From: Podarcis cretensis
Taxonomy: Eukaryota
NCBI GenBank assembly: GCA_951804945.1
Contig: OX638150.1
Location: 82,956,001-83,020,000 of the forward strand
Length of the DNA stretch: 64,000 bases
Direction: 5' to 3'
Shown: piece after piece, positions 41,701-53,900 of the stretch
Position numbering within the stretch: position 1 is the stretch's first letter
Layout of the letters: each line of letters starts with the position of its first letter
Translations under genes and position numbers: made by a program
Notes under the pieces: model-generated
What the model saw: the letters and a program-made list of their open reading frames with translations, nothing else
What the model was told of the DNA's origin: nothing
Database searches by the model: none

Positions 41701-44700
41701 GAGTTGTGTTAAAACAAAACATTTGTTTGTGTAAAGCTGTGTGTGCTTACCTCAGGGTTAACCAAAGACATTGCTGAAACCACCCATTGCATGAGGTTGT
41801 AAAGAAATGGCAAATCATTTTGACCAATGTCTTTTTTTAAAAAAACAACACATATCTTTTTTAAACTCTAGTATGAAGAAGTGAAAAAGCGAAGGAAGCC
41901 CAACTATAGCAGCGTCGACCTTTCCGAGGTGGAGTGGGAAGACGGGGATGATGTGGTGAGTGATTTGTTCTGTCAGAGCTTGTCAGAAAGGTAATTGCAT
42001 TCACTAATATACCACTTTCAAGTATTAAGCAGCAAGAAGAAAAGAGAAGCGAAAGATAATGGTCCATGTTCTTCCCCTTCTCCATTCAAGTTTTATATTT
42101 TTTCTTCTCGTTTTGACTTTCTCACTCTCCTTCTGCTTTGTACATACGTATCCCCATGTATAGATGTACCAAGGATATATTGCCATTTGCCCTGCACAAC
42201 ATCTTGCATTCCGTTGGTTACCATGGCAGGTACCAAGATCAGGCCATATTGGGTGGTGGTCCAGGAAAGCACTTAATAAGAGGCTGTGTGTATAAATCCC
42301 TATACTGCTTTGGTTCATTTGGTTCATTTAGTCTGCTGCTCAGTGACCGGGGGGGGGGGGGAGAGAGAATAGAAGAGATCCCAGTGTTATATGGAGCCTG
42401 GGTGGGATTCAACTATTGTGCCCCACTAGTGGAAACCCAGCTGATATACCAGCCACAGTCGGAAGGGGCAGCAAGGTTTCAGGAAGCCAGAATCTGTATG
42501 TCATGTGGAGAGGATTGGCATAATATATAATTCTAGGGAGACTCATATTCAATCCCATGCTCAGGCCTACTCTCTCAGCCTAATGCTTCTCATAGCTGTA
42601 TAGTTCAAACGAAACAAACACACTTGGCCACCTTGCGAAGCCTGAAAGGTGAAAAACCAGGGTATAAATATTGCAATAAATAAATAAATAACCCGAATGT
42701 GCTTAGTGGTAAGATGGGAAATAAAGGTGATAAATAATCACAGGATGGATGATACATACAGCTATAAGGATTGGCAGAGGGACACTAGTCCTGTTACAAG
42801 CTCTACCAGCCATAGAGCTTGGTAAGATGAATGAGGAGGAGGTGCCAAACCCCACCATCTCCATAGGGGCAGAATTTTAAACTTTTGAAAGCCAGGAGTC
42901 ACCTCTGGATCCTGCCGAGTAAATAACATTTAGATGTTAGATTACACAACAAGAACAAATCCTGTGCCAAATTTTGCCAGGATTTCCTCTATATCTCTGA
43001 AGAAGTTTCCCTGTTGCTTATGAAGCAGTTTAAAATGCCAGAAACCAACCAATATTTTAAAAAGAACCACATTTTTGGTCTCTGTCCAAACCCCAGAATC
43101 CAGAACTGCAGGATCATGTTAGTGCTGTCCATCTAACACCTTCTTTTAGGTATGTGCTAATCTTTTCAGTTAAGTTCTTTCTGTTCCAAGATCATGCTCC
43201 TCCCTTGTTCGTCTCTCTGTTGTCCAGTCAGTTTGTATCTCCCTTCTGTGTCATTCTTTATTTACATGTCAATTCCTTGAGCTGTACTGTATCAAAAGTT
43301 TTCCTTATGTCCATGGCTTAACCTTTGCCTGGTCTTTCTGTTACTTCCACCATAAATCTGATTTGTTAGGCATGATTTGTTTTGTGCAAATCCATGCTGA
43401 CTGTCCTTAATTAAATCATAACTTTCCAGGTGTTCTCCTTTCGGTTCCTGTTATTGAGCTTTTCCCATAATGTCTGCGCCGACTAAAGTCATGCTTGCAT
43501 GTCTGCATTTTCATAGATATTTCCTAGCACTCTTCTCAAATATCAGCAGTACATTAGCATCCCCTATATCCTTCCAAAACCCACTCATTTTGGAGAGGTT
43601 TTGAATATATCAACGGAAGGTTCCCATATTTACAGTGTCACGTCTTTCTGAAATCTGGGATTCATCACGTATGTCTGCCTCTGGAGCATTATCAGCATTC
43701 AGATGTAGGCATTTCTTATCCTTTTTCTCCAACTCAAGTTTATGTTTTTCTTCTCCCTTGCAAAATATATGTCTGATTCTGTCAGCCCACCCCTACTCAG
43801 TTTATAAATAATGAAACATTTCATGGGTTTAGCAGTGCCAGTCTTTCTTTATTTTGCTGATTAAATCAGCTCATCTTTTCAGGGACTTTTCACCTCTTCC
43901 CTTCAGCTCTTGTGATTTCTGCTCCTAAACATTTCCACTAGATTTTGTGATGTTTCCTACATTCTTTTCTGCATTTTCAACCTGAACTTGGGCTTAATTC
44001 ATTTCAAAATGAGATTTGCAAGTGAAATTCCCCACTTGTGCAATTCAAATCAAAATACCCAGATTCTGCAATTGCTGAAGTCCATTGAACATCTCACCAG
44101 AGACTCAGAAACTTCTGTTTAATCTGTTCATTAGCACTCACTGGAGAGCATCTGCACTATCAAGCTTTCTAGAAGAAGGGAAAAGACTGACCCCCCCCCC
44201 TTCAAATTGAAACCGCGATATGCATGTTGTCCTTAGACTAGTTTGCAGTGGCCGAGGGAGGGGCCTGCTGTTATAATGCTGCTCTCATCAAGAAAGGGAC
44301 CAAGGGTAGTAGGAAGCAGTTAGTACACCTCAGATCCTGTTGTCTCCGTGGTTGGAGCTGGAGCTGGGGTGGGGAGATTTATTTTTCTTATTCCCTGCCA
44401 GTCAATAGAATATTTGAGAGTGTGGTTGCTGACTCAGTACATCTCAGAGGCATAGAAGCTATTTGATGCAACTCTGGATGTTTCAATCCACTATCTTGAT
44501 TCAAAATGGCATCCAACCGTTGCTGCTATAGCAGTGGCAGCAAAAGTGCACCAACGCAATATCTTGGGTTGACTCTGGACACAAACATATCCAGTGTCAG
44601 CTTCCAATTACTTAGACATCTGCTGGGGTCGGCGTTTTGTTTGGAACCACATCCTCATCTCAGCATTACTGTGACTTCAGCCACCACTCTGGCCCAGCGG

Positions 44701-47700
44701 CGCCAGGTATAAAGGGCAGAGGGGCTTCAGCTCCACCAATATTTTTTGGGCAGGGGGCAGTGCCCCCCAATATTGAGGGAGCCACCACTGGGTGTCCTCT
44801 GTGCACCCCAGCCTCCACCAAGCAGCCCAGGAGCCGGGCTGCAACTGGGATGAATGAAGCAAAGATCACCCATACTCGTCCCAAACTCTGCACGGCTGGG
44901 AGGAGCGTGGACAATCTTTGATTCACTCATCCCAACCTCTGCCTGGCTCCTGGACTGTGGCTGGGATGAGCAAACAGAGATCGCTCTCGGTGCGTCCTGC
45001 CCCTGCCTGGCGCACTCCAGGTGGCATCACGTGACGCATCACATCATATGACCGTGCACCCTCAATGGGGGGGGGGCAAGTCGATGCCCCTGCTCTGGCC
45101 CTCTGTTGGTTCAAATGCTGCAATGCCATGGCAATACTGCAGCCAACAAACAGTCCAACCCAAAAAGGCTTCCTTAGTGTTGATAGAGATATGTAGAACC
45201 TGCCAAGTACCCATCAGAGCTGAACAGCTGTGTGGCTTCCAGCCTATTATGGTGCTACTGCCACAAACGAAAAAGCCTATTTGGCTTCCACACTCAGAGA
45301 ACAGAGAGACTGCTGGTGGTTGCAGCACCAACCTCACTGGGGTGGGGAGGAGTGGCGGTGAGTTCCGGAGGGACCTTATTTTGCCCGGAGGGGGGGCATT
45401 AACAACACCTTGCTCAGGGCCACCCAAAACCTGAAGCTGCAATACCTGGTTGTGTACAAGTCAGGGAGTGCATTGCCAGTTGGCAGGCCTGGTGTAGAGG
45501 ATGCAAGCTTATATTGTGATACATTTGTCAATATGTCTGCCTGCCTCTTTACCCGTTTTCTATAGATTGCTTTGTGGCATTGTGTCCATTAACAAGACTA
45601 GAAAACACGCAGTTTTAATTAGATTAAAGGAGGTACAGTTTTATTTTGTGTTTAAAATGTCTTCTGTAGTGAAAACGAAGCTTTATATTTGGGAGTGCAC
45701 ATTGTGTTACTTAGAAGTATCTGGCCTGCTTTTGGATGAAAGATGTTCTGCATCCATATCACTGGTCACCAGTTTCAACCCCAGAGGTAGCAGAACAAAA
45801 TTCTACAGAATAGATGAAAAACTGAGCTACAAAGCCAAGAACTCCATTCAGAGGGTAAAAAAATAAAAATAAAAAATCTAATTCCCACATGCATACTTGA
45901 TCTTAAAAGCTATGAGGGTTTCGGGGGCCCTTTTTGTAAAGTCTGTGACTTGCCCGAGGGTTGTGTGGGGAGTGGGCGCTGGAAGACTACAGGCTCTGAA
46001 ATGGAGAAAAATGAGAAACATGTTAAAGATAAATGGAACAGTTCTTTAAACGTTAGAAAGTAGATTGTTAATTAAGACCAGCTCTCCTAGTCCAAAACCA
46101 CAAAAGTTAAAAAGGCAAAATATTTCCAGAATTGCCTATTACGCATTGTGTTTATATATATATGTGTGTGTGTGTGTGTGTACAAAAAAAACCTACAGTA
46201 AAATATATGTTTTATTTTATATATGCCTCCAGTGCAAAATTATTCTTTTACACTCGCTGACTGAAGAGTAAGATTGTTAGCTCCGATCTAGATGGCCCAG
46301 AATTAAATTTAAAGAGCTGCAAACATTGCAGTTTTCAGTTTGTCAGCCATGCTCAAATTCTTCACAAAAACAAAAACAGCTCTTTCCCTGACAAGCTTTG
46401 GCAACAATTCCACACACACACTCTCACACCAACAGCACAGTCCTCCTTCAGGAGGACATTGATAGCAAATCGACAATGAAAAAAGCCTGTCCCTATTGTC
46501 CAATCAATCATCCATGATGCATGCAAGTGAATTGGAGAAGAATAAATAGGTGCAGTCGTAGCAGAATAAGCTCACTGGTTTCAAATCCTGGAATGCAGCA
46601 GTGTCTTAAGGTATTCTGAAATGTTCTTTCTCCAGGGCTGTATGCATTATTTACACATTCAAATGCTATATTGTGTGTGCTCTGTTAGGCTAGTTCAAGG
46701 TAAAATGAAAAAAGAAAAGCAGAAATTATTTTTTTATTTCTTGAAAATATTATCCAGGCTGCCATCCTGCATCCATTTTCTCAGGTTTAAGCCCCACTGA
46801 ACTTAGTGGAACTTCCTTCTGAGTCTGACATGCATTGAGCACATTCTTCATCTATATAAATACCAGGGAGGTTGACGCATGGGAAACAGAACATACCAAA
46901 ATGACAATATACCAAAACCAAGAAAATGACATCATTTATAGCAATGTAAATATAGAAAGCTAGGGGGAGGAGGGAAGAAACACTGTATAAAACCAGTTTA
47001 AATTGACTATAAAGTAAAAACATTAAAATGCTTGGGCAAATAAATGTCCTGGCACTAAAATTGTGAGTTGAACTCCCAGTCCATAATTCAGATGCAAAAC
47101 TCTGGTGCTCACATGACCATCCCACAAATATTACTTCATTGTCAGGCACTGGATCATGCTTACAGGGCGCTTCCAACTTTGGACTACATCCTGTAATCTC
47201 TAGAAAGAAATTTAAATTAAGAATGTGTGGAACCCATTTAGAAGTCCCACCAGTTTTATATAAATTCCTTTAGCTTTCTCTGAAACTCTTCAGATATTTC
47301 TCCTGAGCAGAAACCTTCACCCCAAATCTGCATATTGGTTAAAAAATTGGAAGCAATTCTGGTCTTATGACTCTTTCTCACTGTGTGGAGTGTTTCTTTG
47401 CAGACCTTGGTTCTGAAAGGTCATCTAGTCTGGTGAGAAACAAGTAATATCACTGTGTAGAAGGATCCCAGTTGGAGATATAGAGGGTACCCATCGCCAC
47501 ATGCATATTTTTTTGCAAATTTGAATGGAACTCTTTTAGGGTTTCTCAGAATTTCTTGCATGTTCTATCCAACCCAGAAACCCCAACATTGAACATGCCC
47601 ATGTAGTTTAGTAGAAGGGAGGGAGAAGGTGGAACTGACTGGGAGGAGGACATGTCAGAAACTGAAGAGGTAACAGGATTTAGTGAGCAGGAAGGGGCTG

Positions 47701-50700
47701 TGGCAGAAAGCAGCCCAGAATCAGCAGCAGAAGCAGAGGGGGGGGGTCAAGAGGTGAAGTAGAGGCAGGCTGCTGAAGAGGCCAGGGAGTCTCCCCCTCC
47801 TGCTGTGAGTAGCTCTGATCTCCCTCCTGCTGTGAGTAGCTCTGATCTCCCAGAGCATGCAGAGAAATGAAGAGGGTGGAACACTGAGAGAGCCTTAGGC
47901 TGCTGGAGGAAGAACTGGGGGAGGAGGCTTAGAGAGTAGTGGGAAGACGGGAACCATCAGTCCTCACAACTGGCTCATTGGGGCAAGACCTACTGGGAAG
48001 AGTTGCTGTGATCATTAGGCCTGTGCTGTTTGGGTTCTTTTCAATAAAGAGTTAACTTCACTGACACTGGGTGTTTTATTGCTGACCTGCTCCTGACTCT
48101 GGTTCCTGGCAGCCATTATATTTTAAAATGTGTATTTTTTAAAAAAGTAGGTTGTGTCTTGTTTCCATACTAATCCTTCTCTCCTTGTAAGCAGAAGCGT
48201 CCATTGAAAGTAGCAGCTTCAGAAAAGTGATTTTCTTTTTGTCAGAATGATGGCATGGCAGGAAGAGAAAAATTTTAATTTCGATGCTCACCACACATGG
48301 CTACTGCATGAAAAACAAACAAACCTCATATTAATTGTGTCTGCACACTTAACCCATGACCAAGAAGACTTCCGGAAAATGTTTTTGCTGAGAGGACTTT
48401 GCCTGAAGCTGTCTAAGCAGAACCCTATGGATCCAAATATGCATTTTTATCTATCCTATCAGGTTCTAATCTATAATCCATTAACATGAGTTGAAAACTT
48501 CTCATCCTTGGTAGTTAAATTACACGAAGATGGAAGGTTACTGTGTGCACATGGCTTCAGCAGCTATGCGAAATATCTTCATTTTGCCCAAATACGCGAA
48601 CTACAAAGAAGATAATTTTTTTTCTCATTCCTTGTCTAACTATATGACTGTATTTTACTTTCAGCTTCGAAATGCAATGGTGAATCAGAAAACAGGAAAA
48701 TTCTCTATGGAAGTGAAGAAAACCGTGGACAAAGGGGTATCGTATAGAAAATACTTTTTCAGCTAGTAGTAAAACAAATAATTGCTTTTTTAAAAAACAC
48801 CCACAAACCATTGGTTTAAAGTGTATGTTTGGAGTGGAAAACTTTCCCTGAGACATGATGCCCACAGTGTTTATTAATTGTGGGTCAGATATAAACATTT
48901 GCATGTATGTGTGCACATTGCTGTTATTAATCTTGTCACAGATTTTAAGTTTGCTTTTGCATTTAACCCTGCAAACCTTTCCTAACAGGCATGTTGTTGT
49001 TTCTCTTTCCTTTTCTAAATCTAGAAGCGGGTGTTGGTGATGACAAATGACTACTATTATACAGACATCAAGGGGACTCCTTTCAGGTAGGGCTGGCCAT
49101 AATAAATGGAACATTTCATCAGGCTCATTGCAGTTGCAAGCCTTGCGAGCTCATTAAAAGCTCATCAGGAGGGCTGACAATAAAATACTCCTGGACAATG
49201 CTGCAAAGAGCGAGGGAAAAGGTTTCCGAACGTGCCTTTTTAGGTTTCATTCAGGGATGGGTAGTTTGTGAAAGGTAAATTCTTTGGCTGTGATCCGGAC
49301 CTGCCATTCAGGAAGTCCTCTGCTCTCTTCAGTGCTTGGGGAGAGCAGCATGTGTGTGTTCCTGTCTCTACTGAACTGCCCCTACCACACCAGAGAAGAA
49401 GGCAGCTCTGCTTGCACAGAGCTCTGGGAAAGGAATAGTACCATTTAAAGGATTACACTAACAAATGCATCTCTGTGTGCACAGAGGAGGCTTGTTGAGC
49501 CACAAGCCATTCAAAGTATGATATTGTGTGTATGCAGCCTCTCCTGACCTGGTGTTAACTAGACTGAAGAGACAACAAGGGTACAGCAGGACTCCAGAGC
49601 TGTGTGTTTAGCTCTTCCCCAAATTCCCAAACACTCTCTGAGCCCCTCATGGAGAACCCAGGAAGATAAAAGTTCTCTATTGTTTCTATGAATACGAAAG
49701 ACTCCCCACTCCAGAAGCTCATTGCATGAGAGGTTGATAGAATTTGTGTGGCTCCAGGGACAGGCCTTCATGCCAGTAACACCTGTAAAAGGCTCTGGGC
49801 TGCCTCAAGTAAGCAGGCAAGACCTCAGTCCTGGCTGTGGCACCAATGGACCCCCAGTTCTTCTTCTTCCTGCCCAATTGTGCAATAAGCCCCTACTGCC
49901 TGCATATCAGCTCTGAGCCATAGGCATCAGACAAAGGAGAGCCAAGTGGCAAGGGAGCTGAGAGAGATACACTCCAAAATATACCAGAGCCAAGAAGCCT
50001 GTTGTAGCTCAGGCAAAGTCTCATCCCAAATCAGAAGCCTTCTGGAGTCCTTCCTGTCCAGGAAGATCCAATAGCCAATCAGGGTAGGTAGTCCGGAGCC
50101 TGAAAATGCATTGCTGCCCAGATGTTTTGGACTACAAGACAGAAGTACTGTTTTTGGGGGACAGGAGGCGGGCAGGTGTGGAGGATTCCATGGTCCTGAA
50201 TGGGGTAACTGTGCCCCTGAAGGACCAGGTGCGCAGCCTGGGAGTCATTTTGGACTCACAGCTGTCCATGGAGGCACAGGTCAAATCTGTGTCCAGGGCA
50301 GCTGTTTACCAGCTCCATCTGGTACGTAGGCTGAGACCCTATCTGCCTGCGGACTGTCTCGCCAGAGAGGTGCATGCTCTGGTTATCTCCCGCTTGGACT
50401 ACTGCAATGCACTCTACGTGGGGCTACCTTTGAAGGTGACTCGGAAACTACAACTAATCCAGAATGCGGCAGCTAGACTGGTGACTGGGGGCGGCCGCCG
50501 AGACCATATAACACCGGTCTTGAAAGACCTACATTGGCTCCCAGTACATTTCCGAGCACAATTCAAAGTGTTGGTGTTGACCTTTAAAGCCCTAAATGGC
50601 CTCGATCCAGCATAACTGAAGGAGCGTCTCCACCCCCATCATTCTGCCTGGACACTGAGGTCCAGCGCCGAGGGCCTTCTGGCGGTTCCCTCATTGCGAG

Positions 50701-50939
50701 AAGCAAAGCTACAGGGAACCAGGCAGAGGGCCTTCTCAGTAGTGGCGCCCGCCCTGTGGAACACCCTTCCAGCAGATGTCAAAGCGATAAACAACTACCT
50801 GACATTCAGAAGACATCTTAAGGCAGCCCTGTTCAGGGAAGTTTTTAACGTGTGATATTTTACTGTATTTTTGGTTTGTATGGAAGCCGCCCAGAGTGGC
50901 TGGGGAGGCCCAGCCAGATGGGTGGGGTATAAATAATAA

Positions 50940-50974
<35 letters not shown>

Positions 50975-53900
50975 TACTACAACTCCCATCATCCCATTCA
51001 GTCTTGGGCTGATGGGAGTTGGAGTAAAAACATATGGAAAGTGCAATACCTCAAGAGTGGCCTCTCCCCATATGAACTGACCTGGACCCTGTGATCATCA
51101 TCAGAGGCCCTTCATGTGCCTCCTCCACGAGAGGTCCACAGGGCAACAACATGAGAGCAGGCCTTTTCTGTGATGGTTCCTTGCCTGTGGAAGTTTCTCC
51201 CCAGGGAGGTTCATCTGATGCCTTTGTTATATATTTTTAGGTGCTAGACAAAAGCATTCTTCTTCTCCCAGGCCTTTGGCTAATCAAACCACCTATGGCC
51301 TTTTAGATGGGGGAGGATTGTTTTTGTTTGTTAATATGTATTGCGCTGTATATTTTGTGCTTTTATACTGTAAACCACCCTGTGACCCTCTGATGAAGGA
51401 TGGTATGGAAATAATAATAATAATTTGGCAAAAGCTGTTGTAAACCATAGTTCTGGTAGCTCACTGCACCAGTAACTGGCACAGAAGCCTGAAGATTAGC
51501 GGATTCTGGTCTTGGCTCTTGGCATTTGTGGCATCCGTGCCTCAGGTTGGCCCCTTGTCTTAACTCTGCTGTGGATCTGGATGCCCATCTACCTATGAGA
51601 GAGCAGTATAAGCAAAACAGAAGTGCAGTGCAAAAGCTATTTTGTAGAACATTGTTTTCCAGATCCTTGCCTTTCTATTGTGGGTCTTATATTGATAAGA
51701 GATAGTAGTGCAGATGGTTTAAAGGGCAGAAAAGGAAACGTACTTTTATAGCATGCATTTCTGTTGTACCAAAAAAAGGTCTTTGGAATTTCCTCTCCAA
51801 AGGCTTGTAGATTCTCAAACAAATTAGATACCTGACCACAGAGAATAGATTGCATCTCCGAGTGGGAACCATGTGGGCTTTATCCTATTGATCTCTTGCC
51901 AGGCCTCCAAGTCACCTGTACTGCAGTTTCATGAATGCTTTAGAAAACAGAGGAAATGTCTTCCAGCCCTTCATCCATGCTATACATTATATAGTAGTAG
52001 TCCTCCGTGTGTGACCGTGTTATATGGAGAAGATAAGCCCAATGCGGTATTATTTCCATCACATAAAATATGAACATGCCAAAATATGCAACAAAGAATT
52101 ATGCCAAGTGGGTCATTATGACCCCCATTAACACATTCTTGTATTTCCTTGCACTCAGCAGCTCTACTGGCGCCCAAACTATAAGTAAGGGCAGTCCGTC
52201 CCCTTCCCCCCCATGCACACAGATGACTTTCATTTTTGAGCCTCCTTCTAGTGAGCCCATGGGCATGTTCAGATCTTGGCTGGAAAATGAAGCAGCTGGA
52301 AGAACCACTCTGACCTTGGTGGGGCTTGCATTTGAGCTTGCCAGAGAATGCACGGGTTACTGCACCCCTAAACACACAAATAGATACAGTCCATTGCTCC
52401 TGGCACAGTAAAAATGAAATGGCACTGAAGTGGCTGGTTGAGCAATAAATGCAACCACCAAGGTTTTGGAAACAACACTGAATTGTTTCTAGAGGACGGA
52501 CTAAAAATGCTGGGAGAATGGTATATATTTTCTCTTGCACTTTCCTAACTTTGTGTGTGGGACAGATTTCATGGCCTGCTTTTTGTTTATCTGCACAGTT
52601 TAGGTGTGGCTCTCTCTAGAGGACATGGCAAATATTTCTTCAGAGGAAACGTGACTATAGAAGAAGGTAGCATTTGCACAGCAAATCAGATTTCCTAGGC
52701 ATTTGTTCAACTGTTGCATGATAATAGGGCTTAAGGCATGGAGGTCTCTCAAGCAGTTTTTCTGCTTTATTGCCCAGTGACCTTGTGCATGTTTTGGATG
52801 TGTGTGTGCGTGTGTGTGTGCATGCACACATATCTAATTGGATGAAAGATATATGTGGGAGATTTATGGGGACAGTGCCACAACAAAGATTCATTGTAAC
52901 ATAGAAAGCAGCAACATGGCTGCATCATTTTATCCCTCACTTTGTGGGCATCTTTGTGCTAGATTTGTGGTTTTAATTGATTAGGCCTATTAGGTGGATC
53001 GGACCACAGAGCTATGCAGCCACCTTGCTTGCCCAGCAGGGCAACCCCCACCCTATCCGTGCCAATTTGTGTTTTTCATGGTCAAAGCGTCATCATCAGA
53101 GTAGCAGATCCCCTACTTTTACTATTTGAATTATACCCGTATGCCTGCTAACCACAGTTGTGGGACTCTTGAATGTTTTACGAGCCAAAACATACGAGAG
53201 AACCTGGGTCCTGCTGTTCAGACAATGGTAGCTGAGGTTGAGATAGAGTTTTCATTCCCCTGTAGTTACTCTTGATAAGTAGTTCCAGCCTAAACCACAC
53301 ATTTTGCATGCAGAATTGCCTTGGTTCAGTCCCTGGCATCTCCATTTAAGAGGATCTGGATGCAGGTAATGTGAAGGACCTCTGTCTGAAACTGCCTGCC
53401 AGAGTGGACAGCATGGGGTCTTCTATAAGGCAGCTTCCTATGTTCCAGTATAAACAATTACCCAAACCTACATTGGTCATCTTCATTTTAGTTTGTATTA
53501 AAAATTCCATTTTGTCATCTTAGTAGAGCTTGAGACTCATAATCTCAGTGTCCTTTTTCATTCCTATCCTCAGCTACTTGCCTTTTGTGCGTCTTCATGA
53601 GTTTTGTTTTTAAAAAAGCTTTTTTAAAATACAGACAGCAATAACAAAAGAGCATTATGTAACAGTACCACAAGATCACTAAAGGAATAGAGAACACACT
53701 GGGCTATTTCCCAACACTGCAACTTCACTGGTGCAACCGGCTTCCGTGCATGCGATGGAACTTCCTTTTCCTTTCCCATCCCCTCCAGTTCCCTGCACAC
53801 TCACAAAAGTATATTTGGGTGGTGTACTAGGAGAGGAGAGGAAAAGGAAGTCCTGCCACATGCATGGAATTCCACTCACTCAGCATTGGATACAACCCAC

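Noticed and set aside
50106-50615. 169-aa ORF as a host gene
   Set aside because: It is the L2 LINE ORF2 remnant; its ATG comes from flanking sequence outside the TSD.
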